64,000 nucleotides of DNA, from contig JBGANV010000004.1 in the NCBI GenBank assembly GCA_044222185.1, forward strand, positions 384,001-448,000, in the 5' to 3' direction. A model generated the notes under the pieces. The model was not told where the DNA came from. It worked only from the letters and a program-made list of their open reading frames with translations, and did no database searches. Both the position numbers and the translations under genes were made by a program. Shown here one piece after another: positions 39,641-50,137 of the stretch (positions within the stretch are counted from its first letter, which is position 1; each line of letters starts with the position of its first letter). Source of the DNA: Planctomycetota bacterium (GTDB lineage Bacteria; Planctomycetota; GCA-002687715; CAIWVZ01).

Positions 39641-40542
39641 CGGACTTCCTCCGGCTGCGGGCGTGCGATGCGCACGAAGATGTCGTGGAGCGACGGGCGC
39701 GTGACCTCGAAATGGTGGACCTGCCCCGCAGCGATGAGGCGCTGAAGGAATTGCTGGGGATCGGAGGTGAGCCGCACTTCCTGCAACTGCCCGTAGTCGT
39801 TCACGGATTCCACTCCGGGGAAGCCGGTCAGTGCCGTGCCATCGAGCGCCGCCCGGATTCGCACGGTGTCGAGGCCGTAGCGCGCCTGGATGTCGTCGAG
39901 CGTGCCATCGAGCACCTTGTTGCCCTTGAAGATCATGAAGATGCGGTCGCACATCTTCTCCGCCATCGCCATGTCGTGAGTGCTGAACACGACCGTCGTT
40001 CCGCGGCGGCGCATCTCGATGATCGCGTCCCGCATGGCTTCCATGTTCACGGGATCGAGCCCCGAGAACGGCTCATCGAGGATCAGGAGCTTGGGCTCGC
40101 TGATCACCGTTCCGATGAACTGGATCTTCTGCGCCATGCCCTTCGAGAGCGCGTCGATCTTGTGGTCCGCCCATTTGGCGAGCCCCAGCGTATCGAGCCA
40201 GCCCTCGATCTTGCGGTCGAGGTCCGGCGGGTCGAACCCCTTCAAACGTGCGAAGTACCGCAGAAGGCGGCGGATCTTCATCTTCTTGTAGAGACCGCGC
40301 TCTTCGGGCAGGTAGCCGATCTGGTCGTGGGCCGCGCGCGTCCCGCGCTCGCCGCGCACGACGATCTCCCCGCGGTCGGGGAGGATGATGTGCATGATCA
40401 TCCGCAAGGTCGTCGATTTGCCGGAGCCGTTGGGCCCGATGAACCCGTACACCGACCCTTCGGGAACGGTCAGGCTCAAGTCGTTGACGGCGACGTGACC
40501 CTCGAAGGTCTTCGTGACGTTGGCCAGATGTATGGCGTCCAA
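39637..40542 (-). CDS. ABC transporter ATP-binding protein (NatA-like)
   Basis: GPNGSGKST, GYLPEERGLY, LSKGMAQK, LILDEPFSGLDP, STH; TTG start after AAGGAG. Confidence 0.93.
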   Translation of the reverse strand: MDAIHLANVTKTFEGHVAVNDLSLTVPEGSVYGFIGPNGSGKSTTLRMIMHIILPDRGEIVVRGERGTRAAHDQIGYLPEERGLYKKMKIRRLLRYFARLKGFDPPDLDRKIEGWLDTLGLAKWADHKIDALSKGMAQKIQFIGTVISEPKLLILDEPFSGLDPVNMEAMRDAIIEMRRRGTTVVFSTHDMAMAEKMCDRIFMIFKGNKVLDGTLDDIQARYGLDTVRIRAALDGTALTGFPGVESVNDYGQLQEVRLTSDPQQFLQRLIAAGQVHHFEVTRPSLHDIFVRIARPQPEEVR

Positions 40543-40704
40543 TCCGGTCTCCTTGGCGTTCAGCCGGTATCGATTCGAAACCGGCACGAGTCATTCGGGC
40601 GCGTGCGGCGCGTGTCCGGCACCTGCCCGTCGGCGATCTGGAGGCATGCGGCCCCGAGTGTTCGTGACTCGAAGCGCCGCACTCCTTCGCCGCGAAATTC
40701 CCGG

Positions 40705-41622
40705 TCAAACCTCGATCCGCATCAGGTCGTGCGCCATGAGCAGGTCCGGGAAGACTTCGCGTCCTTCGATCTCGAGCTGGGCCAGCGCGGGGCCATCGTA
40801 GCGGGTCGAGAAGTGCGTCGCGACGAACTTCCGCGCTCCCGCCTCCCGGGCGATCGTGGCCGCGTGGCGGATCGTCGAGTGCTTGCGCAAGATCGCCATC
40901 TCGAGCAGTTCGTCGCTGAACGTGGCCTCGTGGATCAAGAGGTCCACGTCTTCCGCGAGCTTGCGTGCGTTCACGCAGAACGCCGTGTCGGTCACGTAGG
41001 CCATCGACTTGCCCGGGCGCGGTTCGCCGATGAGCTGGTCGGGGTGGATCACCGTCCCGTCGTCGAGCGTGATCGTCTCGCCCCGTTGCAGGCGGCCGCG
41101 TTCGGGCCCGAATGGGACGCCGAGGGCATCGGCCTTCTCGGCGTCGAAGCGTCCGGGCCGATCCTTCTCCTGGAATCGGTACCCGAACGCCGGGATCGAA
41201 TGGTCGAGTGGCGTCGTCTGAACGTAGTACTCGTCGTTCTCGAGGATCACGCCCGAGTAGTTGGCCGGGATCTCGTGGATCTGCAAGTCGAATCCGAGCC
41301 GCGCGGGACGCGGGAACCCGACCACGAACTCGACGAACCGTTTGATTCCCTTGGGCCCCCAGATCTCGAGCGGCGTGTCCCGTTGCCCGAGGTTCATCGT
41401 CGAGATGAAACCGCCGAGGCCGAAGATGTGGTCGCCGTGGAGGTGGGTGATGAAGATGTGACCGAATTTCCGGCGCGGAAGGTCGGCCTTCATGAAACGA
41501 AACTGGGTTCCCTCACCGCAATCGAAGAGGAAGACCTCGCCGTTGCGCAAAAGGGCGGTCGCGCTGAGCCAGCGCCGCAGCGTCGGGGCTGCGCTGCTCG
41601 TTCCGAGAATCACGACTTCCAT
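40705..41622 (-). CDS. rnz: ribonuclease Z
   Basis: LGTSSAAPT, FDCGEGTQ, THLHGDH, GVPFGP exosite, DLLIHEATF, HST, THFSTRY. Confidence 0.95.
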   Translation of the reverse strand: MEVVILGTSSAAPTLRRWLSATALLRNGEVFLFDCGEGTQFRFMKADLPRRKFGHIFITHLHGDHIFGLGGFISTMNLGQRDTPLEIWGPKGIKRFVEFVVGFPRPARLGFDLQIHEIPANYSGVILENDEYYVQTTPLDHSIPAFGYRFQEKDRPGRFDAEKADALGVPFGPERGRLQRGETITLDDGTVIHPDQLIGEPRPGKSMAYVTDTAFCVNARKLAEDVDLLIHEATFSDELLEMAILRKHSTIRHAATIAREAGARKFVATHFSTRYDGPALAQLEIEGREVFPDLLMAHDLMRIEV

Positions 41623-41807
41623 GGCGAGGACCGCCCGCAGGCGGGGTTGCATCATAGGACTGCGCCGCATGATCGAAAGGCGCGTGTGCCGGCTTTCGCT
41701 TCCCGGCGCCGCACGCGTGGCCTACAGTTCGGTCGGTGCTCCTTGGGACGTCCGTGCGTCGCGCCGCGATGCCACTCCTGAGTTCCCGTGTTTTCGAGGT
41801 CAAACGC

Positions 41808-43064
41808 ATGTCGATCGCCTTGCGATCTGCCGTCATCTCTCTGGCCCTGATGGCCGCGCTCCCCGCGCAGTCCGCACCTGAGAACCCGGGCTCGAGAACG
41901 GCGTCCACCCGCACGATCACGGTCCCCGGGCTCGCGGGCGGCAACGCATCCGTCTCCGCGTTGGTGACATACCCGGCAACCAGCGCAGCGGCAAACGCGC
42001 CCCTGGACCTGAGTGCGTGCCCGTGCCCGGTCATCGTGTTCGGCCATGGGTTCTCGCTGACCGCGGACCTCTACGCCACGCTCTACTCACACTGGGCGAG
42101 CCAGGGCTGGGTCGTCGTCGCGCCGACGACCGAGCAGGGACTCTTCGCCGGCAACCTCCCAAGGTTCATCCTGGACATGGAAGCCGCCCTCATCGGGTTG
42201 CGGACGGCGTCGCAGGCATCGGGGAATCCGCTGCTCGGCGCCGTCACGCCCGCAGTGCGCGCGATCGCCGCGGGACACTCCTTTGGGGGCGCGGGCGCGC
42301 TCGTCGCCGGTTCGACTCGCCCCGACCTCTTCGCGGCCGTGGTCACCCTCGCTGCCACGTCCACGTCACCGCAGGGGGTCGACATCCTCGGCGCCGCCGC
42401 GGGCTCCTCCCTTCCTGCGCTCCACGTGGGCGCCTCGACCGACACGATCGTGCCGCCTCCCCAGAACCTGGACCCGATCTACGCCGCGACCCCTGCGACT
42501 CGGATCCTCGTCGAGATCTCGGGCGGCACGCACAGCTACTTCCACGAGGCGTGGTACCTCGATCGCCTGACCGAATCCCCGGGCGCGATCACCGTGGCGC
42601 AACAACAGCTCCTGGTCCGCCGCTACGCGACGGCGTTCATGCAGTGGCAGGCCCGCGGGGACGTGCGCTGGCTCGACGCGCTCGTCGGACCCGCTGCCCG
42701 GAGCGACGCGCGGCTTTCGCGTCATCAACTGGCGCTGGGTGCTCCTGTCCTGTTCGCCGAAGCACCGCCCGCGAGCGGACAGACGTACGTCGTGCATCCC
42801 CAGTGGGCCGCCGGCGATGGGGTCGTATTCGCCCTGTCGTTCATCGCCGCCGACGTCCCGACGCCGTTCGGGGCGCTCCTCGTCGACCCCATGACGGCCA
42901 CGATCATCGACCTGGGGACGACGAATCCGCAGGGATTTGCCACGCTTTCCGCGACCATGCCCGGGGGCGCGCCCTACCAGGGCCTCACGGCATTCAGCCA
43001 ATGCCTGATGCTCCATTCGGGGACACTCCGGCTTTCGAACCTGTTGACGACGACGATCCCATGA
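41808..43064 (+). CDS. secreted alpha/beta hydrolase (chlorophyllase/DLH-like) with C-terminal beta domain
   Basis: Signal peptide; PVIVFGHGF, GHSFGG nucleophile elbow, DTIV, GGTHSYF. Confidence 0.82.
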   Translation: MSIALRSAVISLALMAALPAQSAPENPGSRTASTRTITVPGLAGGNASVSALVTYPATSAAANAPLDLSACPCPVIVFGHGFSLTADLYATLYSHWASQGWVVVAPTTEQGLFAGNLPRFILDMEAALIGLRTASQASGNPLLGAVTPAVRAIAAGHSFGGAGALVAGSTRPDLFAAVVTLAATSTSPQGVDILGAAAGSSLPALHVGASTDTIVPPPQNLDPIYAATPATRILVEISGGTHSYFHEAWYLDRLTESPGAITVAQQQLLVRRYATAFMQWQARGDVRWLDALVGPAARSDARLSRHQLALGAPVLFAEAPPASGQTYVVHPQWAAGDGVVFALSFIAADVPTPFGALLVDPMTATIIDLGTTNPQGFATLSATMPGGAPYQGLTAFSQCLMLHSGTLRLSNLLTTTIP

Positions 43065-43636
43065 GAATCACCGCACACCTGTGTCTCCGACTTCGCCGGT
43101 TCGCGGTGCTGTGCGCCCTCGCGGCGTCTCTCGTCGCCTGCGGCAGCACCTACGCGCGGCGCGACCCCTTGGGCGAGATGTTCCCGACGGTCTCGGGCAG
43201 ATCCCTCGCGGGACAGCCACGCAGCCTTCCGGCGGACTTCCGCGGCGAGCCCGTCCTGTTGTTCATCGGGTTCGAGCAGCAGACCCAGTTCGACATCGAT
43301 CGCTGGTTGCTCGCCCTCGACCAGGCCGGAGTGCACATCACGATCTACGAGCTTCCGACGATCCCCGGGCTCCTCCCTGGCCTGTTCGCCTCGAAGATCG
43401 ATGAGGGCATGCGCAACGGAATTCCCTCGGAAGAGTGGGCCATCGTCGTCACGATCTACGACGACGCCGACACCGTCGCCCAGTTCGTCGGCAACGCCAA
43501 CGGGCTTCCGGCGCGCGTCGTGCTCCTCGACCGCACCGGGAGGGTGGCGTTCTTTCACGATCGGGGATTCTCGGTGAACACGCTGAAGAACCTGACCGAG
43601 GCCATCGGTCGGTGTGCGCCTCGCGCGTCAGAATGA
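43061..43636 (+). CDS. lipoprotein, thioredoxin-like fold without CxxC
   Basis: Lipobox LVAC; FPTVSGRSLAG..RSLPADFRG, VVLLDRTGRVAF; ATGA overlap. Confidence 0.7.
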   Translation: MRITAHLCLRLRRFAVLCALAASLVACGSTYARRDPLGEMFPTVSGRSLAGQPRSLPADFRGEPVLLFIGFEQQTQFDIDRWLLALDQAGVHITIYELPTIPGLLPGLFASKIDEGMRNGIPSEEWAIVVTIYDDADTVAQFVGNANGLPARVVLLDRTGRVAFFHDRGFSVNTLKNLTEAIGRCAPRASE

Positions 43637-43685
43637 CGCCGAGTTCGGCTTCTCGGCCCCGGATCCCTGCCGTACAGTTTCGCCC

Positions 43686-44726
43686 ATGAGCGAAACACCC
43701 GTGCGTCTCACGTCTCTCTCGCCCGGCGGCGGTTGAGCCTGCAAGATCGGTCCCAGTGACCTGGCGCAGGTCCTGCGCCACGTACCGCTGATGAGCGATC
43801 CGAACGTCCTCGTCGGAATCGAAACCGGTGACGATGCGGCGGTGTATCGCACTCCGTCCGGTGATTTGATCGTCGCGACGCTGGATTTCTTCACACCCAT
43901 CGTCGACGACCCTTACGACTTCGGCCGGGTTGCGGCGGCGAACTCGCTCTCCGACGTGTACGCCATGGGCGGCCGGCCCCTCTTCGCGCTCTCGATCGTC
44001 GCCTATCCCGTGAAGCAGGGCATGGAAACGCTGGGGCGCATCATGGAAGGCGGGTCGGCGATCGCGCGCGAGGCGGGGATCCCGATCCTGGGCGGCCACT
44101 CGATCGACGACCCGGTGCCCAAGTTCGGCCTCGTCGGCATCGGCGTGGTCGACCCGAAGAACCTGGCCGCGAACCGGGGCGCGCTCCCCGGCGATGCGCT
44201 GTATCTGACGAAGCCCCTCGGTTCGGGCGCCATGACGGGGGCGATCAAGAAAGGCCTCCTTTCATCGGAGGACGTCGCCCTCGTGACGAAGGTCATGGCG
44301 ACGCTCAACAAGGCCGGGGCGGAAGCCATGAACGAAGTGGGCGTCAGCGCGGCCACGGACGTGACGGGTTTCGGATTGCTCGGCCATCTCCAAAAGATCA
44401 TGGCTGCCTCGGGCACCGAGGCGCACGTGCGCCTCTCCGAACTCCCGATCATGCCGGCTGCGCGGCGTCTGTACGAGCAGGGCGCCGTGCCCGGCGGCAC
44501 GAAGCGGAACCTGGAGTACTACGGCGGCTCGCTCAAGTCCGACCTCCCGCTCACGGACGCCGACAAGTTCGCCATCGCGGACGCGCAGACGAGCGGCGGC
44601 CTGCTGGTCTCTATCCCGTCGGCGCGGGCCGCCGCGTTCGAGGCGGCCCTTCGCGTTCGCGGCGTCCCGGTCCACCGCATCGGCGACGTCTATTGCGGAG
44701 AGCCGGGGGTCGTCCGCGTCGTCTGA
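43686..44726 (+). CDS. selD: selenide, water dikinase (selenocysteine-containing)
   Basis: ATG 43686: MSETPVRLTSLSPGGG-U(TGA 43734-36)-ACKIGP, in frame with DDAAVY, DFFTPIVDDP, AAANSLSDVYAMGG, GGHSI, TDVTGFGLLGH, QTSGGLL. Confidence 0.93.
43737..43772 (+). promoter_or_regulatory. putative bacterial SECIS hairpin
   Basis: Immediately 3' of UGA: CCTGC...CCAG-TGAC-CTGG...GCAGG can form a lower and an apical stem with G in the loop. Confidence 0.6.
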
Positions 44727-44801
44727 CCCGGGCCACCGCGACGCGGCGCCCGGAGTAAGATCGCGCCGGCTCCCTGCGACCGCCGGGTGAGAGTGCGCGC
44801 G

Positions 44802-47693
44802 ATGCCGATGCCGGAAGACGACCTCCCGGATCTCCTCGAAGAGATCTTCGAACGCCGCGACCGCGGGGAGGATCGGACCTCCGATGGCGGCGGAGATCGC
44901 GGGCCGGAGTTCTCGTCGATCCTCGCGCGTGCGCTCGATCTCGAGCGGCTCCTCCTGGACGGAGCCGGCCCGGGAGAGGGATCGATTGTCGGCCCTTACC
45001 GGCTGGTCACCTGCCTCGGGCGCGGCGGCATGGGAACGGTGTGGCGAGCGGCGGACCTGGAGGTCGGCCGCTTCGTGGCGTTGAAGCTGATCTCCGTCGA
45101 TCCGCTGGACCCGGACCGATCGCTCGGACGCGCGATCCGCGAAGCCGAGGCAGCGGGCCGGCTCGACCATCCGAACATCGTCGGCGTCCATGCGGCCGGC
45201 AGCGCGGGCGCGCTCCGTTACATCGCCATGGATCTCGTCGACGGCGGATCCCTCGCACAGGCCATCACGCGATCGCGGGAGGCCAGCACGCCGCTCGAAG
45301 TCTCCTGGGTCGCGGGAATCGCCGCCGACGTCGCAAATGCCCTCGCGCATGCGCATCGAGCGGGAGTCATCCACCGGGACGTGAAGCCAGGCAACATCCT
45401 CTTGACCTCCACGGGACATGCGCGGCTCACGGACTTCGGCCTCGCCTCCGTCGAGGGTTCGCCGCGGCTCACGGCGTCCGGCGACCGGCTCGGTACCGCG
45501 TATTACAGGGCGCCGGAGGTCATCCTCGGGCATGTTCCTCGCGGCGACGCATCGGCGGACGTCTACGCGCTCGGCGTCACGCTCTTCGAGTGCCTCGCGC
45601 TGCAGCGTCCGTTCGAGGGACGCACGGCTTCCGAGGTCGACCTGGCCGTCGTCGCCGGTGCCGCACCGCAGCTGCGAAAACTGCGGGCCGAGGTTCCTCG
45701 CGATCTCGAGACGATCGTCTCGACGGCGATGGACCGGGATCCCAGGCGACGCTATGCGTCGAGTGCGGATCTCGCGGACGACCTCCATCGTTTCCTCACG
45801 TTCCGCCCGATTCGCGCACGTCCGCCGTCCTGGGCGCGGCGGGCGGCGCTCCTCGCGCGTCGCCGACCCATCGCTGCGTTCACTTCGGTCGCGGCGCTGA
45901 TCGCCTGCTGCTGGTTCGGTCTGACGATGCTCGCCGACCACCGGCGTCGCACCGAGTCGGTTGCGCGCGAGCGGTCTGCCGCCGAAGCTGCATGGGACGC
46001 GGGCGAATTCCGACTCGCCGCCATGCATCACGAGCGCCTGTTGGCACTCGTTCCCGACGACGTGATTTCCCTGGATCGGGTCCGACAGGTCCGCCGCGAG
46101 GACGCCCTCGATCGCGCGTTCCTCCACGCGGGGATGTTCGTCGGGTGGGGGAGGCTCGCTTCGGGCGACCTTCCCCGCGCTCGCGAGGCACTGGCCCAGG
46201 CGGAGTCGTGTGGAGATGCCGATGGGACGGTGGCGGTGTTGCGCGTGCTCGTCGAACTCACGTTCCGCCATGACGAGGAGGCGCGCGGCCTCCTGCCGGC
46301 GGCGCAGGCGCGCACGCACCCGATCGTCGGGAGGCGGTTGTCGAATCTCGTGACGCGCGTAAGCCGCGGTCCACCCGACTCGGCTCCCGTCGCGGATCTG
46401 GACGACGGCGCGACCCCGGCGACGGACCTCCAACTCGCCGTGATCCTCGCCGTGGACGGACATCACCAGGAGGCCTCGCGACATGCGGAGCGCGTCCTGA
46501 GATCGGCCCCACGATCTCTCTGGCCTCTGGTGTTCTTCGCGGCGACCGATTCGGCGCGCCACGACTTTCGCACGGCGGTAGCGCGTGCGACGCACGGGCT
46601 CTCGCTTCGACCCGACTTCTACCCGTTGATCCACCTGCGACTCCACGCGCTCTGCCGCCTCGGGGCGTTCGACCTCGCCCAGCTCGATCTGGAGCGCCTC
46701 GGCGCGCTGGCACCTCGCTGCACGTACCTCGCGTCGCGACTGATGTTCCTCTGGATCACCGATCGGCGCGCCGAGGCGCGCCTCGCGGCCGACGAGGCCG
46801 TCGCCGAATGCCCCGACGATCCGGCCATCGCGGGGAACGCGTCGGAGGTCTTCTCCGCATCGCGGGACCTGGACCGCGCATGGGCGCTGGCGGAGCGCGC
46901 GATGACGCTCTCCGGCGGGGCGACCGACGACATGCTGAGGGCTGCCAAGGTCCGCCGGCGCCAGGGACGCGAGGCGGAGGCCCGAATCCTCTTCGAGCGA
47001 GCCTATGGGCTTGCACCGGAGACGCGTTCCGAGCGCATCGAATACGCCCACTGCCTGGGCATGCTCGGCGACACCGCCGGTGCGCGTCGCGAGATGGATG
47101 CGTTGCTCGCCGTCGACCCGCGGGACGTCGAAGCGCTCTGCGCGCGCGGCCGGCTCCGCGGCATCGTCACGGGCGATCCGAAGGGAGCCGAGGAGGATCT
47201 CACCCGGGCCTCGCAACTTCGCCCCGACGACACGGCCCTGCTGGCGGAGGTCCACGGCGTCGCGGCCCTGGCGCGGACCGGCACGGTCGAGGGCTACGCC
47301 CACGCGGTCGTCGCCGCGGCAGTGGCCCCGCGATCCGAGCGTCGTCTCGTGACCGAGTCGGCGCGAGTCGCCTCGGCCTTCGTGGCCGCGGCGTCGGACG
47401 AGCACGAGGACGTCTCGGCGCTCGAACTGTGCGCGGTCGCCGCGCGGGCGATGGCGGGCAGGGATCGCGACCTGGCGCTCCACAACTTCGAGCGTGCCGC
47501 GGCCCGGCAAGGCCTGCCTGCGGCGAGCACCGACGCTGCGACCCGGCTCGCGACCACCCTCGAACTCGGCCGCCTCGCGGAGCAATTGGGCCGGATCGAG
47601 GACGCGCGCCGTCAGTTCGGCGACGCGCTCCGGATCGAGTCCCGCTGCGTGTCGGCCGCCGACGCGCTGAGGCGTTGCGGGGGACGCCCATGA
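44802..47693 (+). CDS. Hanks-type Ser/Thr protein kinase with TM segment and TPR repeats
   Basis: LGRGGMGTV, VALK, HRDVKPGN, DFGLA, APE, DVYALG, RRYAS..LADDL.RF; start approximate. Confidence 0.92.
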   Translation: MPMPEDDLPDLLEEIFERRDRGEDRTSDGGGDRGPEFSSILARALDLERLLLDGAGPGEGSIVGPYRLVTCLGRGGMGTVWRAADLEVGRFVALKLISVDPLDPDRSLGRAIREAEAAGRLDHPNIVGVHAAGSAGALRYIAMDLVDGGSLAQAITRSREASTPLEVSWVAGIAADVANALAHAHRAGVIHRDVKPGNILLTSTGHARLTDFGLASVEGSPRLTASGDRLGTAYYRAPEVILGHVPRGDASADVYALGVTLFECLALQRPFEGRTASEVDLAVVAGAAPQLRKLRAEVPRDLETIVSTAMDRDPRRRYASSADLADDLHRFLTFRPIRARPPSWARRAALLARRRPIAAFTSVAALIACCWFGLTMLADHRRRTESVARERSAAEAAWDAGEFRLAAMHHERLLALVPDDVISLDRVRQVRREDALDRAFLHAGMFVGWGRLASGDLPRAREALAQAESCGDADGTVAVLRVLVELTFRHDEEARGLLPAAQARTHPIVGRRLSNLVTRVSRGPPDSAPVADLDDGATPATDLQLAVILAVDGHHQEASRHAERVLRSAPRSLWPLVFFAATDSARHDFRTAVARATHGLSLRPDFYPLIHLRLHALCRLGAFDLAQLDLERLGALAPRCTYLASRLMFLWITDRRAEARLAADEAVAECPDDPAIAGNASEVFSASRDLDRAWALAERAMTLSGGATDDMLRAAKVRRRQGREAEARILFERAYGLAPETRSERIEYAHCLGMLGDTAGARREMDALLAVDPRDVEALCARGRLRGIVTGDPKGAEEDLTRASQLRPDDTALLAEVHGVAALARTGTVEGYAHAVVAAAVAPRSERRLVTESARVASAFVAAASDEHEDVSALELCAVAARAMAGRDRDLALHNFERAAARQGLPAASTDAATRLATTLELGRLAEQLGRIEDARRQFGDALRIESRCVSAADALRRCGGRP

Positions 47694-48310
47694 CGGACGA
47701 CGCCGTCGACATCACGACGATCGAGCGCGCGCAGCGTGGCGACGACGCGGCCCGTGACGCCCTCTTTCGCGGCAGCTACGAGGCCGTCGTCGCGCTGGTG
47801 AAGTCCGGCATGTCCAACTTCCTCCGGTCGCGGGAGGAATCGGCGGACGTGGCGCAATCCGTGTTTCGCCAGATCATCGTCTCGGATGCCTTCGTCCGTG
47901 CGCAGTTCACCGGGCCGGACGCGTTCAACCGGTGGTTGACGGCCGTGGTGCAGAACAAGCTCGTCGATCACGCGCGGACGTTTGCAGCGGCAAAGCGGGG
48001 GTCCGGCACCGTGGGCTCGCTCGGCCCGCCCACCGATTCCGAGGGATCGGCGGGAGCTCCGACCGGCGTCGCGGATCCTCGCGGCATCTCGCCGCTCTCG
48101 GCAGCGGAGCAATCGGAGACGGTCCGCCTCGTTCGCGAGATGCTGCCCGAGCTGCCCTCGGACGACCACCGCGCCGTGATCGAGATGCACTACTTCGCGC
48201 GGCTGGGAACCCCCGAGATCGCGGCGCGGCTGCGCGTCGACGAGAGGCGCGTTCGGCGCCTGCGCGCCGAAGCGCTGGCCATGCTGGCCCAGCGGTTCGA
48301 CGTGCGGTGA
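47690..48310 (+). CDS. ECF sigma factor, kinase-associated type
   Basis: RAQRGDDAARDALF, ESADVAQSVF, F.RWL...VQNKL.D, sigma4 EIAARL...VRRLRAEAL; ATGA overlap with kinase. Confidence 0.85.
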   Translation: MTDDAVDITTIERAQRGDDAARDALFRGSYEAVVALVKSGMSNFLRSREESADVAQSVFRQIIVSDAFVRAQFTGPDAFNRWLTAVVQNKLVDHARTFAAAKRGSGTVGSLGPPTDSEGSAGAPTGVADPRGISPLSAAEQSETVRLVREMLPELPSDDHRAVIEMHYFARLGTPEIAARLRVDERRVRRLRAEALAMLAQRFDVR

Positions 48311-48328
48311 CGATGGGTTGCCGCCGCT

Positions 48329-49990
48329 TCAGAACGGGCAGGGCGTCGGGACGGTCGCCGTGTACTCGACGGTCCACGAACGATCGAGGAACGACGTGCG
48401 GGCGGCGTTCCGCAGGAAGAACACGAGGTCGAGCGCCAGGCCCGGCGGCACGCACCCAAGACAGAGGTCGACCCGCGCCGATCCCTGCGGATCGAGCGAC
48501 TGCGTGAGCGTCGCGCTGGGCTCGACGGTGGACAGCCAATTGAAGAGCGCGTCCATCCCGAGCCCGAAGAATGGTCCGATTCCGTTGGAGGGTGTCGTCG
48601 ACACGAAGAAGCTCTCGACGTTCGCAGCGTTCGGCGGGCCCGCGTTGAGGATGATCGTGAGCCCGGAGCCGGTCCACGTGGCGTTGATGCGCGCGTCCAG
48701 GCGATCGCCCAGGCCCGCGCCGTCCGCGAAGTTGGCGTTCACGGCCCCCATGGTGCGGCCGAAGACACCCCTCCAGTCGGCGCCCGTGTTCGTGTCGACG
48801 GGCATCCCGACGGTCGCGAGTCGCCGGGCGATGGCGCCGTCTCCGTTCGTCTGGCAGGTGCGGCCGGCGATCCCCGTGAAATCCTGCCAGTGGGACGGCG
48901 CCCGCGGGTTGTTGTGCGCGACGCCGGGAACTTCGGGCAGCTGCTCGCACGGTGGGAGGGCGGCGTCGAACCCGGAGGTGCGCACGATGTCCACGAGACG
49001 TGCATTGTTGTCGTAGAGCGCGCAGTCGTACTCCTCGCGCTCGAAGGGAAGATCGCCGCCAGCCGCCAAGGCCAGGTTCACGTAGGGCACCGCCAGTGGT
49101 TTCTCCGGCGGCGGTGCGGCGCCGTCGCCGATCACGAGGAAGCCGAAGGCCGGGATGACGATCGGGCCCGGGAACGGCCGGATCACTTCGTGGGTCCCGC
49201 CGTGGCGGTCGCTGCAGAGCAGGAACCAGCCCTGCAGGTTGATCCCGACCGGCGTCCGGTTGAAGAGCTCCACGTAGTCCGGTGCATCGTCGATCTCGCT
49301 GACCATGACGTTGCCTGCGAATGAGCCGTCGCCGCCGACGATGCCGTTCAGGCCACGGGAGTCCACGCCGCGCGTCGTGTTGCTGCTGCGATTCTCCCAG
49401 CCCATGCTGCGGTCGGGTTGCTCGGTCCAGTCGAATCCGCCGTCGGAGTCGAGCCCCCAGACGCGTTCGACGCCCACGGCGTTGGCGGCCGCGAACGTCC
49501 CGCGCGTCGCCATTCCGAAGAACGTGCCCGGGAGCGGGCCTCCGGCTAGCGCGGGCGCGGCGCCGATGCTGCTCGAGATCACCACCTTGTCGACGGCTCC
49601 TCCGCCGGCGTTCAGGAGCGCAACCTCGAGCGCTTGCGTCGTCGTCGTGACGGACGGAAGTATCGAGAAGACCTGCGTTGGCGGGACGACTTCGCCGAGA
49701 ACCAGCGCGCTCGACTCCCGGACGACGACGCTCTCGCCGGATTGGAGCACCGTCCCCGCGGGGAACACGGCGATGACCGGCGCCGGCATGGGATCGTGCT
49801 GCCACACGACGCGCCACCCGGTGATCGTCACGGGGGCGCAGTCGAAGTTCGTGATCTCGACGCAGTCGGGGTCGCCGTAGCTGACCTCCGTGATCATCAC
49901 CTTGCGGAACGGGTTCGTCTGGGTCGACTGCGCGGCGGTCGGGATGGCGGCGAGGACGGCGAAGACGAGGCTGAGCGTGCGTGATGCCAT
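48329..49990 (-). CDS. secreted protein with two lamin-tail-like domains and C-terminal beta domain
   Basis: Signal peptide; VMITEV...DCVEITN..P.TITGW and VMVSEI...DYVELFN...INLQGW; GAGGAG RBS. Confidence 0.72.
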   Translation of the reverse strand: MASRTLSLVFAVLAAIPTAAQSTQTNPFRKVMITEVSYGDPDCVEITNFDCAPVTITGWRVVWQHDPMPAPVIAVFPAGTVLQSGESVVVRESSALVLGEVVPPTQVFSILPSVTTTTQALEVALLNAGGGAVDKVVISSSIGAAPALAGGPLPGTFFGMATRGTFAAANAVGVERVWGLDSDGGFDWTEQPDRSMGWENRSSNTTRGVDSRGLNGIVGGDGSFAGNVMVSEIDDAPDYVELFNRTPVGINLQGWFLLCSDRHGGTHEVIRPFPGPIVIPAFGFLVIGDGAAPPPEKPLAVPYVNLALAAGGDLPFEREEYDCALYDNNARLVDIVRTSGFDAALPPCEQLPEVPGVAHNNPRAPSHWQDFTGIAGRTCQTNGDGAIARRLATVGMPVDTNTGADWRGVFGRTMGAVNANFADGAGLGDRLDARINATWTGSGLTIILNAGPPNAANVESFFVSTTPSNGIGPFFGLGMDALFNWLSTVEPSATLTQSLDPQGSARVDLCLGCVPPGLALDLVFFLRNAARTSFLDRSWTVEYTATVPTPCPF

Positions 49991-50137
49991 GGGATGCTCC
50001 TCTGGGGGACGAGGAGTCAACGGAATCCCTGGGCAGGCCGGCAGAAAACTCCGGAAATGCCGGCGGCGGGGTGCCCCGGCTCTGGTTCGGCTGCAGACCG
50101 GGCCCCACTCCGGGGCAGGACTCGCGCGGTCCGCGCC

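Noticed and set aside
41808-43064. PETase call for the alpha/beta hydrolase
   Set aside because: It shares only the generic GHSxGG elbow and fold; substrate cannot be inferred from this.
44262-47585. 1107-aa antisense ORF, and similar long shadow ORFs (e.g. 15038-17575, 6737-8833, 55287-57650)
   Set aside because: They are antisense or off-frame shadows of well-supported genes, expected at this GC content, and carry no motifs.
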